A stretch of DNA of 64,000 bases, from assembly GCF_021028975.2 (NCBI RefSeq), contig NC_059436.1:26412001-26476000 (forward strand). The letters are read 5' to 3'. This stretch comes from Sphaerodactylus townsendi (taxonomy: Eukaryota). The position numbers and the translations under genes are program-made. The notes beneath the pieces are model-generated. The model saw only the letters and a list, made by a program, of their open reading frames with translations. It searched no databases and was not told the origin of the DNA. Each line of letters opens with the position of its first letter. The stretch's first letter is position 1. Shown in pieces: positions 51,609 to 62,736 of this stretch.

Positions 51609-51756
51609 CCATGGTGGCGAACCTATGGTACTCCAGATGTTCATGGACTACAATTCCCATCAGACCCTGCCAGCATGACTACTTGGCCATGCTGGCAGGG
51701 GCTGATGGGAATTGTAGTTCATGAACATCTGGAGTGCCATAGGTTCACCACCACTG
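51609..51756. mobile_element. Palindromic hAT MITE, 148 bp
   Basis: Inverted repeat tggtggcgaacctatgg / ccataggttcaccacca; perfect TSD ttctagag. Confidence 0.93.
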
Positions 51757-51914
51757 TTCTAGAGAGTTTTCAGAGCCATTTCAACATTCTACAGATGTCA
51801 TTACGTTGTCAGAAAGAATCAGACTCTCCCCAATAGCCTCATGCATGCCAAGGACTGTCAGTAGACATGAACGAAAGCACAACATCTGATGCACTTCTTC
51901 AAAGACTTCGTACC

Positions 51915-52050
51915 CAATGGTGGGATTCAGAAGGTTCACACCACTTCGGCAGAACCGGTTGTTAAAATGGTGCTTGCAAACAACCAGTTGTTAAATTACT
52001 TGAATCCCACCACCGGAACCAGCTGTTAAGTTATTTGAATCCCACCACTG
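51915..52050. mobile_element. hAT MITE related to the 12899 element (136 bp)
   Basis: TIR caatggtgggattca / tgaatcccaccactg; perfect TSD ttcgtacc; right terminus internally duplicated. Confidence 0.9.
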
Positions 52051-55000
52051 TTCGTACCTGACTCTGGACACAATTAGACAACCTTGGGATGCCATAACCA
52101 TTGTACTGCAGGAATTCGCTTGCTTCAGAAATGCTCTGGGGGACAGTTACTGCTAGGGATCATGGTGTGGGGGGAAGGGACTTCTATCCCCCACCCACCC
52201 TGGACAGTTTTTTAGGAGTCCAAATCCCAAGGGCATTTGAGTTCTTGAAAAGCACAATTGGGGGGGGGGTACAGGACCCCCTCCTCCTCCCCCCCACCCC
52301 GCTCACACCATTGCCCTAAGCAGGATCAGGCCTCAGGCATTTTTAAAGCAAGATAATTCCTTTCGTAAAATGGTTGTGGCATCTCTAGGTTGTTACCAGG
52401 GTGTGCGGTACCACCTATCTGTATCCTGTTTGGAGGCATCAGGCCAGGGCTCATCCATACTGGAAGGGTACAAGTTCCTTGGATGCTAACCTTGACATGC
52501 TCCCCATGACATACTAATCTAGCAGCCTCTAAGCCAGAGACATGCAGTGCCCCTCTAAGCAGAGTCGCACCCTTCTAAATTCACTGAAGTTTATCTATCT
52601 GTTTATTTCCAGACATAAATCTGTTTCTTCCCCAGATTAATTATGGTTTTGATGGAAATAAACGAGGTTGAATAGCAAGATTACATCAGGGGACACTCTT
52701 ACCATCTCACAATGCAAGATTTAACATGGTCTGTCTCTGTATATAACTGAGTAATTCCTAACCAGCGGCGACGACTCACTTCTAGCCAATAGCTACGTAT
52801 GACTCACTTCCAACCAAGCCATGTGTGATGATTGGCTGGTGACTGGCCAGCTGGATGCTCAGGGAACTCACCGTCTCTCCTCCCGCCCTTGGAGTGTGTG
52901 GGCACAGAGAAATGTTGTGAAAAGAAGGGAGGGTTTACACAGAACAGCAGAAAGCTGTGGGAGAAGGTCTCAAGAGGGGAGGAGTTGAAAGTGGAAGACC
53001 TTGGGTGATATCCAATGCAGCTGGGTTCCCAACAGCCTCCCAGCCACCGGGGGGAGGCTTCCTCTGCTTCCCCTCAGGCTGCCTTTGCTCCATCACTGTC
53101 CCCTCGGCCTTTGCTCTGCCACTCCACTCCACACCCTCACTTCGCTTTTCCTTTCTTACAAGCCAGCAAGCAGCCGCCACCTCCCCCTCGTTCCTCCAAT
53201 GCTCCAGCATCCCCAGAAACACCCTTCCTGCCTCCCTCTGGTTCCACCTCCCAGGGAGAAGCCTGGAAGGGGGAGGGTTCCAAGAAGAGGAGTGAGCTCC
53301 CCAAGCAAGCTGCAGAGGCCCAGCAGCTCTAGAGTGAGCTTAGCCAGGAAGGAGGAAGCGTAGCCAGGTGACTCCCTGGAAAATCTTAAGCAGCCTCAGT
53401 CCGTGCAGACGTGCATCTGCATGCACATGTGTACATTCCCGAGCACCTGGGAGAGTGAGTGAGCAAGCCAGTGGGTGCGCGCGCATGCCTCCTCCCCTGC
53501 ACTGCTCCAAGTCCAACGCCTGCCTCCAACTTGGGCCTTTGGCGGCTGAGCTTTGCAGGAATGTCTTCAATCTGATTGTTCCCTCTAATGTTAGCCATGC
53601 TTTTTTCTCCCCCTTTTCCTTGCCTGACACCCCAGGGAGATGTTTACAGTAATGAATCCATTCGACAGCCATCACTCGGCTTCGGAGTCTCTCTCACATA
53701 TTGAGTTTCAACGATGCTTGGAAGGGGGGGCTTGGAAGGGAGGGCTGCCCCCTGAAAGCTTGTTGTTTTCCTCCCCCCCCACCCCTAAAAAAATGAGCCC
53801 ACCCTTCACTGAAAAGATTTTGCTGGACAATATAAGTGGCAATTTCAACTAATTCACACTTAACCTCAGAACAAATGGGGGGAGCTTGATATGAAAAAAT
53901 TGCTTGGAGGGCGGGAATTGTTACTCTATGGAAAAAGCAAACTGGGCTCAGGGCTTATTTATGCCAGAATAAGCATCAGGTGCATCCCAGAATGAGAAGA
54001 GTCCCACAGTTTGAACAGTATAAAGTCACCACACATGGAAGAAAGGCAGGAGGTGTTGCCATTAACTGGGCACCGTTAACTGATTAACAGTTGCCCAGTG
54101 CCCATTTTACTGGTTTGTAAAATGGGCTTTACTGCTAGTCTATCATATCGTTATGGTCTTCATCTTTTTAATCTGCTTTCCCCTCAAGAGGCTTCAGGAG
54201 TCATTCACAGTTCTCTGCCCCTCTGTTTTATCTGCACAACATACCAATGAGGTAGGTTACACAGAGTGTGTAACTGATCCAAAGTCCTCTTCGAACTTTG
54301 TAGCTGAGGATTTAAACCTAACTCTCCAAGTCTGATATTCTAAGCTCTTCACAGGTATGTATCTTATATTGGTTGTGATTTGCATCAAGTCTCCCAACAA
54401 TGTATGTCACAAGTGATTTCAGTAATCCGTACAAATGCCCTGTAAAGTGGGTCAGCATTATTATTCCTTACTGCAGACTGGAACTGAGAGAAAAAGTCTT
54501 GCCGAAGGACCAACCTGGGCATGACATCACTGTAAGGATTCAGGTACAGATTGGTCCTCTTCAGACCCAACTCTCAGTCCTTTCAGTCAGATGGCAGCTG
54601 CTGGCCCTAATTTTCCAAATGGTGCAGGGACCTGATTCAAAGCAACATTGCAGCATGGGGGAGTAGGGCCTTCAGTCATTTCCCCCACATTTTCCCACTC
54701 GAAAAAGGCCTTGGGAAGGTATAGCCCACAAAGAGACCAAATAGGGCAAATAACACCCCTGAGGTACTTTCCGGGTGCAAAAAAAGGTGTGCAGGATAGG
54801 CTGAAGCCCCTTGTCCTTGTCAGGTCTTGAGATTGAAGTCAATAAGCGGACTCTGGATACTGAATCAGTAGTCTTTATTGATAACAACTAGTAACTGGCT
54901 TTCAGAAAGCCAGCTCTGCCCAATTAGGAAAATACAGTTGCCTTTATCCCCTCAGTGTTTTCCACCAGAATCCCTCCTCCCTGATTCCCACAGAATGTGA

Positions 55001-55672
55001 AAATAACACAACTGGAAGAAGGATGTTTGGGAGTTGAGCATCTCAAGGCCAGCACAGCAATAGTTCCCAGCCACCTGCCACCCCCTCGGGAAGGCACCAG
55101 GGTTGCCTCTAGTTAGCTGCAGTTGTTAGCATCAAAGGAAAGCAAAAGGAAGGAGAAATCCATTAACATATCAGAAAGTGAAGACAGCTCCCCCCCCCCC
55201 CCACACCATCAGGTGTGAGTCCTTGCACCTAGGTCAGCGCTTTGATGGCTGGAGATGGCACATCCTGACAGTCCTCTGGGACATGACCCCCATCCAAACA
55301 GGGCCCCTATAGCATTTGAAAAATTAGTTTGTTGCAGCTGCTATTTTACTGCAGACAATGTGAGTTGGGCTGAGGAAACCCTGAGCTAACTAATTAAAAA
55401 GTCAGATCTAGTTTAGCCCTCAGGCAGCGAAGTGAGCTCCTGGTTGAGATGAGATTAGAGCTCAGATCATTTTTTAGCCCTACACCAACTCTTAAATTTA
55501 GAAATTCTGCAGCCCTGTCATAATCAGGCCGGGCAGTGTGGAGACAAGAGGAGAAGCCGTGTTGCCAGCAAGCTCCCTGACTGTATCTATGGTCTGTCTG
55601 TCTGCACGTCAGCTGTAGCCTCCTAGCCTTGAAAATGACTAAACAGAGGTGAGTATAACAGGGGAGTTGTAC

Positions 55673-55967
55673 GAAGAAGAAGAGTTCTTTATACCCTGCT
55701 TTTTTCAACTGTAAGGAGACTCAAAGCAGCTAACAAACTCCTTCTCTTCTTCTCCCCACAACAGTCACCTTGTGAAGCAGAAGGGGATGAGAGAGCTCTA
55801 AGCGAACTGAGACTAGCCCAAGGTCACCTCTCAGGTTTCATGTGGAATGGCGGGGAAACAAATCCAGTTCACCAGATTACAGAATCTGCCGCTCATGTGG
55901 AGGAGTGAGGAATCAAACCCAGTTCTCCAGATTAGAGTCCACTGCTCTTAACCACTACACCACACTG
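55673..55967 (-). mobile_element. Gecko-type tRNA SINE, near full length
   Basis: (GAA)n tail, gactagcccaaggtcacc core, gaatcaaacccagttctccagattagagtccactgctcttaaccactacacc head. Confidence 0.85.
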
Positions 55968-56899
55968 CCCTAACATCATGTTTGACCCGCCCTCCTTAGG
56001 CAGCACCATTCCCTTTCACCCCATATGCCCCAGCAAGGTTTCTGTCAGCAACAATCACAGAAATTAACTTTGCTGAATGGAATGCATCAGAAATGAGAAC
56101 ACACTATCTGCTGCAATTAAAAACCTACGGAAAACATTTTTCACCCACTGCTGTGAAACTAAAAAGCCCAGGAAAACTTGCACTTATCTAGTCAAAATTA
56201 TACACCTGTGTGCTGCACCTCCAAACGTGAAAACATTCCCCAAGGACAAATGTGTTGAGAAGGACTTATTTGCATGTGATGAGTAATTTTCAAGACCCAT
56301 CAAGATGTTATACATAAATCTCTGAGATGCCCCAACCTGAAGTTGGGGGGAGGGAGGGTCACCCTCAAAAGAACAGGGAGAGGCTTTGTTCATTGCCCTG
56401 AAAATGGTATCCATGGCTCCACCTGTTTCCATTCAGGAAGGTTCTAGATATGAGTCCCTCTGAACAAGCTTGAGCTCACAGATACCAAGTCAGAAAGTGC
56501 AACTTTTCTTTGCTTCCCTGAGGATATTGAGTGATATTGCTTCCCTGAGTGATATTGACAGAACTGTACAGCACAGCATGTGCAGAACACTCAATACAAA
56601 AACACAGCAGCCACTTATTCCAAGTAAACACAAAGATGTCAATTTAGATGCCAAAAGTAGGAAACCCAGTGGAGGGTGGAGTGAGCATTCAGAGTAAGTA
56701 TATTTGATAGGCAGAAAGGACTCAGACAAAGTCCAAAAAGAAATAAAATCATAACTACATAAGGTAACTGGGTGTATTCCCTAACAATCTCAAACACATC
56801 GTTGCTTGTGGGATAGGCAGCAGCTTTCGGTTTTCTTCACCCTTACAGCAATAGTCAGGAACAGGATAAAGGCAGGGCGCCTCTGAAACCTGGTGCTCA

Positions 56900-57065
56900 G
56901 ACTATCCCACTGGCTGAACTCCAACAGGGAACTGGTGGGGGGGGGGGGAATCTTCCCCTCATCAATATATTGTTTTAATTGCTGCTGAATTTTAATGTTA
57001 GATTTTATGTTATATTGATTTACTGTTCTGGAAACAGTCATGTTGTGAGCCGCCTCGAGCCCTTC
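56900..57065 (+). mobile_element. L2-like 3' UTR running into the assembly gap
   Basis: T-rich stretch ending gttgtgagccgcctcgagcccttc, like the L2 end near 30690. Confidence 0.55.
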
Positions 57066-57267
57066 NNNNNNNNNNNNNNNNNNNNNNNNNNNNNNNNNNN
57101 NNNNNNNNNNNNNNNNNNNNNNNNNNNNNNNNNNNNNNNNNNNNNNNNNNNNNNNNNNNNNNNNNNNNNNNNNNNNNNNNNNNNNNNNNNNNNNNNNNNN
57201 NNNNNNNNNNNNNNNNNNNNNNNNNNNNNNNNNNNNNNNNNNNNNNNNNNNNNNNNNNNNNNNNNNN
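57066..57267. other. Assembly gap (202 N)
   Basis: Run of N. Confidence 1.
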
Positions 57268-57927
57268 ACAGGTTACTCTGCTAGCTGGCACAGTTATTTA
57301 CGACCCAGTTATTTATGGCCCAGTTATTTAGTTACCTCTGTTATCTCTGTGCTTCTTTTGTGAATGTGGTATCTGCTACTATTGATCCTTTCCACCAGGA
57401 TTCTGGGTTTTGGTGACACAGATAAACAGTGAATTTTACAGAAGGGTTGCTGTCACTGCATCCATTTCTCAAAGTTGCACAGTTGGGACAAGGGCCCTTT
57501 CCGGTGGTGTCTCTACTCTGGCATATTATTTTTAGGAACACTCGCTGTTTCTTACTGTGCTGATTTATAAATGTCAGGTGAAGGTTGTTGAATTCTCCTG
57601 ATCATTTTGTTTTAATAAGATTTTAATTAGTCAACTGTCACTGTTGCCTAATGTGTTTTTGCGCTGCTACACCTGTTGCTGTCGTCATTGTGGATTAGAT
57701 TTTTTTGTTGTTAATGGGTTTTATTGCTATTTTTAAGTTACAGATATCATTTAAAATGAAAGGTGGGATGTAAATATTTTAACAAAAATAAATAAAACTG
57801 TATTGTAAATACAGTGTAGCAGGGGGAAGGGCAGAAAGAACCTTCACATGAGGCAAAGAGAAACAGCCTCCTCTGGAGAAAAATTTTAGGCATTGCTGAT
57901 GGTGCCAAAGAAGGAAACTGACTAGAT

Positions 57928-58076
57928 CAGGGGTCTGCAACCTGCGGCTCTCCAGATGTTCATGGCCTACAAATCCCATCAGCCCCTGCCAGCATGGCCA
58001 ATTGGTAGATGCTGGCAGGGGCTGATGGGATTTGTAGGCCATGAACATCTGGAGAGCTGCAGGTTGCAGACCCCTG
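57928..58076. mobile_element. Palindromic hAT MITE, 149 bp
   Basis: caggggtctgcaacc...ggttgcagacccctg; perfect TSD gactagat. Confidence 0.95.
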
Positions 58077-60734
58077 GACTAGATCCTTGGGTCACAATCT
58101 GCCAAAAAGTACAAAGCAAGTAAAATCAACAATGTGGAGTTTGGAACTGGTGTGTGTATGTGTGTGTGTGGGGTGGGGGTGGGGGTGGGGGGTAGTTTAG
58201 AATCTCTGAGAATATACAGAGTGTCCTAATGGGCTCTCAAAAACTCTCAGCTTGTAATGGGTTCTCAAAAACTCATGAGTCCAGCCCTTTCCACTGCCCC
58301 AGTGAATGCCTTCCTTTTCTTGCTTATGCTAACCTGACAGAGGCAAAGCTAAACAACAAAAGAAAACATAACAAAAAGCCGGGTGCCAAAGGCTTTATTG
58401 CATCCTACAATGTGGCCACAAAAGTATTTTGAGCCACAGAGATGAAAAATGTCATTTTCCCAGGGATTCCGGGAAACCCAGGGAGATCCTTTTGTGGCTC
58501 TCAGGGGGTTAAGGATGACACTTGAGCTCTGAGTTAGAAATATGTTTAGAAATAATACAATTTATTTTTAAGTTGTTTGAAAAATGATGGGATGTGGCTG
58601 AGTCCATTCAGAATCAAGAGTGGCACGGGTAGGGCTTTCACCCTGTAGCATCCGGCTTCCCTGCACATGGATTGATTATTGATTGACACACATATCAAAC
58701 CAACTAGTTCACAGCATTCTGTACTCAACCAAAACAGACTGAAAAAAAAATCTGTTCGGATTGAAAAAATAACCAGGGAGAAACAGCTGAATCCCGTGGG
58801 CCGCATCCCCTTGAGACGTTACTGAAGCATGAATCCACCAGTTGAGGAAACGGGCAATGCTCTTGAAGAAGAGGTAGATGACCATTCCAAGATCAAAGGC
58901 TTCAATCGCATTTTGCTTTCACAGCATGGGAAAGGAACTACTGGTGAGTTCCTTCCTGACTGCACCAAAAAGATAACTCCAAAGCCCCAGGTCACATGGG
59001 AGGCTGCTACACTCTGCTCAAACAGGCTCAGGCGTCTGCAGTTATGTTCATGGTACTGAAAAGTGGTGTACTGCAATAAGTCCCATGAGAAGGTGTCCTA
59101 AGTCTACTAGCAGAATGGTGGGCGGGGGAAAGGGAGGATAGATTCTAGACTGTATGACTTTAGTTTGCAGTGGAAGATAAGGACATGATTTCTGTTTGGT
59201 TCCTTCAGTGTACTGGAAGTTCAATTCCCCCAGTTCATCCTGAATTTAGAACAAAAGGCTTCTGAAACTGGAGCATGCACAATATGCCACAGATTTCCTT
59301 TATAACTATTTCTTTATGTTAATAAACGACCCATGTGCCCTATTAAAATGCTGCCAAAAAACCCCCTTCGTGTTACTTATTATTGCACCAATATAATTTT
59401 GGTGCATTCCTACATACCAGGAAAACACATAAAAAGCATCCTGAGACTATTGTTCATTCAATAACATCAAAATAGTTCTTTTTACAGTACAGGCCCACAG
59501 ATGGATCAGTAAAGCAATACATCAAAACAGTCTTATCACATTACATCAAGATTGCATCTTTGCATATGGATAATAACATGGCTGTGGGCCTCAGTACTGC
59601 AAAAGTGGGAGGAAGATATCAATGAGCTGAAGGCTACAGGAAACGACATACTCACGGCACTCTGCAAATTCCAGAAATTAAAAAATAAAACACTGGGGAA
59701 TGTATAACTGTTTTGTTTGAGAAAAAAACCCTGAATAATTCAGAACTCCAAAATTCAGGGCGGGGGGGGGGGGGGATTGAATAATGAGAAATTTGGAAGC
59801 ATCTCATTCCAGAGTGTATGAAGGCATGACTCTTCTGCAAAAGTCTTACCAGAAAAGCCCTTAATTAGGAATGGACCATATCTGTAAACCCCATAATCTT
59901 CTCATTAATATCACTGAGATTCTTTCATCTGGAGCTGGATGGGGGGGGGGTGAATTGCGGGGAGAGACTTGAAGCCTCTTTTCCTAATTTCCAATACAAA
60001 ATAATTAAAAATCCCATGTATAATCATTAATGCTCACACATGCAAGCTATTTCAACCTAAATAACTCTTCCACCCCCACTGTGGTACTTTCTGATGTACC
60101 GACTTCTGAAATAAATCTTATCCGTCTCACTCCCACCCCGATCCCGCAGCTGAATAGGCAACATTCTTCATCTCCAGAACTCATCAGTCAGACTCTTTGG
60201 CTGCAACGTGTCCAAGTAGTGTTCTCAGATGTGTTGTGAAATATCAGCATGAAGCAGCCTACTTCCTGTTCAGCATTCGGGTACCTTGAGTCACCTGAGA
60301 GGCTGCATTCTGAAGAGCACTCTGAATTCCAAGTGCACATCTGCTCCCTTTTTTATCAGCCTCCCAACAATTTTCCTGTAGTACCTTTATGAGGAGATAA
60401 TGGAGTTGACAGCAGATTGCAGAGACAACAGCTGCCGGCCAAAGGAATCAATTGCACATCAGTACTGATGAACAGCAAAAGGTGAGAGTTCAGAACCAAG
60501 CAGTCTGTTAAGATTTACTGATAAGTTAAAAAATTGGCCATGAGAGATTGACCATCTCACCAAAGCCGGATCTGGTGGGCTCAGAGTCCAAACAATGCAG
60601 AACTACATTACAGAGTGCACAGGTTAGGTCCAGATGCCCAACCTGTGTAAAACGTTAACAGAATCACTCATGAGTTGCACATTCTTTTCCTGTGTGGTGC
60701 ATATAGAAAGAGGGCTTCAGCCTTCCCCCCCATG

Positions 60735-61455
60735 CCATTCTTAATTTTTTCCCATATCAGAAGGTCTCCCTTGATATCTGTCCAATTTTTTTGATAATTG
60801 TCCTTGTAGAGATTATCATTTTGTCCTTCTACATATATTTTCAAATATTCTATTGGGTTGTTGGGTTTTTTTGTAACAAAGCATTCTGGTTTTTTTACTA
60901 TCTCTTCTACTTCTGCTCCAGTTACCATTAATAACGTTATCTTTATCTTCTTTTAATTCAGTTTGTATCCAGCAAAAGTCCTGATTCTATTTATTTGTTC
61001 CATTCTATATTTCAAAGATATACTTGGTTTTATTATAACAACATCATCCACATAAGGCAAAGTTGAGAAGACCCAAATATTTCTCTATACCTTTCAAATC
61101 TATAGAATCTTATTTTAAAAGATTTTTTAAAAAAATTTATTTGTTCATGTACTTCTTGCTTAGCATGGGCTACTTGATTTTCCTTGATCGCGGTTATCCT
61201 TTTTTTTCTCTTTCCTTTTTCAGACAATATGCTAAACATCTGCCAGGTTTATCTGAACATTCAAAAAGTCCTTGTTTTAATTTTTAATTTTTTTTTCTGT
61301 TTCTTCCAGTTCTAACAAATCCAGTTGATTCTTTAGTTGTTTTAATCCCTTCAGTCTTTTCTTATTGCCAGTAGTTTTATGGACTTATAATATCTTCATT
61401 TTGTCATTTATTTTCTTTATTGGTTCTTGTTTCTCTTTTTTTTTCTTTGTAGCAG
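60735..61455 (-). mobile_element. Degenerate L1-clade LINE ORF2 remnant with internal deletions
   Basis: Minus-strand peptides IEYLKIYV...NLYKDNYQKNWTDIKGDLLIWEK resemble the L1 post-RT KYLGI...NY...IK.DL..W region; strongly A-rich sense strand. Confidence 0.7.
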
Positions 61456-61539
61456 CTAGTGCTATTGAGGATTTGTGTAGATCTGCAACCAAAACAAGCC
61501 ACTGTGCAGAGGCATCTTACAACCAGGAGCAACGCAGGT

Positions 61540-61758
61540 TTACTTATTTATTTATTTACTTCATTTATTTCTCTCCAGTGGAGACCCAAGCTGCTTAGAT
61601 CCTTCTCTTCTCTGTTTTATTTTCACCACAATCCTGTAGGGTAGGTTGGGCTGAGATAACATGACTGGTCCAAGTATCACACAGCAAGCTTCTGTGGCAG
61701 AACGGGGATTCGAACCTGGGTATCCAAGATCTTCGTATGACACTCCAACTACCATGTA
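61540..61758 (-). mobile_element. MIR-derived (Squam3-like) SINE
   Basis: (TTTA) tail, cacaatcctgtagggtaggttgggctgaga core, B-box gggattcgaacctggg. Confidence 0.75.
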
Positions 61759-62590
61759 ACATTAGTTATGGAAGACTGAGGTAGCCACAGAATGAATGGC
61801 ATATTTTGGATACTGCTAAAGGCAGCAAAGTGGCAAACAAGCCAGATCTGACTGACAGGACACTACTAGCAACCAAATTATCCTATGCAATAAATCCTAT
61901 GGAATAAAGGGTTGTGCAAGAGCAGTCATGCTGAATTCATTGATTTCAGTAAGACTTACAAAAATATCATTGTGTTTTGTGTCCTACAATAATTAATATA
62001 GGTCAGGAAAGTAGACAGTGGCATTTCAATTTTCTGTCCCAGGTACCAAAATGTCTTTGGGCAACCCGGATGGCTGCAGGTTATGTCCTCTACCCCTTTG
62101 GAGGAAGGGTTTATAAAGCTTAAGGTGATGACAAGACCCTTAAACTGAATGCAGGGGCACTATATGTAGAGCTATCAGCCAAGGCTAAGACAGAAAGACA
62201 GATCGTTCTTTATGGTACTAGTGAAGAATGCATTAATTCTCAAACTTTAGCCCCCAAAACTTAACTTCTACAAGGAAATTTCCAGCTGAAATCACGTTGC
62301 CCATAAAGTCACAGACTGCTTTGGGCATCTAACTCTCCCACCACATGAGGAAGGTAACAGGCCTACCACACTGGGCTGTTAATGTGGTGTGACATTGGCT
62401 GTGGTTTTCTTCAAATAATTGCATTTCTCTACATAAATGCTAAACATTACTAATTATAAAGAATTTATCCAAATGAACGAAACTTAGAGCAGATTTCTTC
62501 CATTGTATTCCTTTATTTGTTCTGAGATTTCTTTCTGCATTGCATTCCACTCCTCCCTAACTAGGACCAGTTCTAAAATTAATTCCAGAA

Positions 62591-62736
62591 TGGTTCTGGT
62601 GGGTTTTCCGGGCTGTGTGGCTATGGTCTGGTGGATCTTGTTCCTAACGTTTCGCCTGCATCTATGGCTGGCAATACACAGCACGGAAAACCCACCAGAA
62701 CCAGTTGAATCCGGCCGTGAAAGCCTTCAACAATAC
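62591..62736. mobile_element. Penelope-like insertion with inverted pLTR arms
   Basis: tggttctggtgggttttccg / cggaaaacccaccagaacca; flanking direct repeat aattccagaatggtt / aattccaaaatggtt; the minus strand keeps GGCGAAACGTTAGG. Confidence 0.85.

Noticed and set aside
57289-57333. Short tandem repeats (cagttattta x3; also 12398-12430 and 56510-56558) as CRISPR-like arrays
   Set aside because: Eukaryotic intron, 2-3 short units with no unique spacers; simple slippage duplications.
58168-58192. G-quadruplex-forming G-tracts (also 2205-2222)
   Set aside because: Common low-complexity sequence with no context suggesting function.
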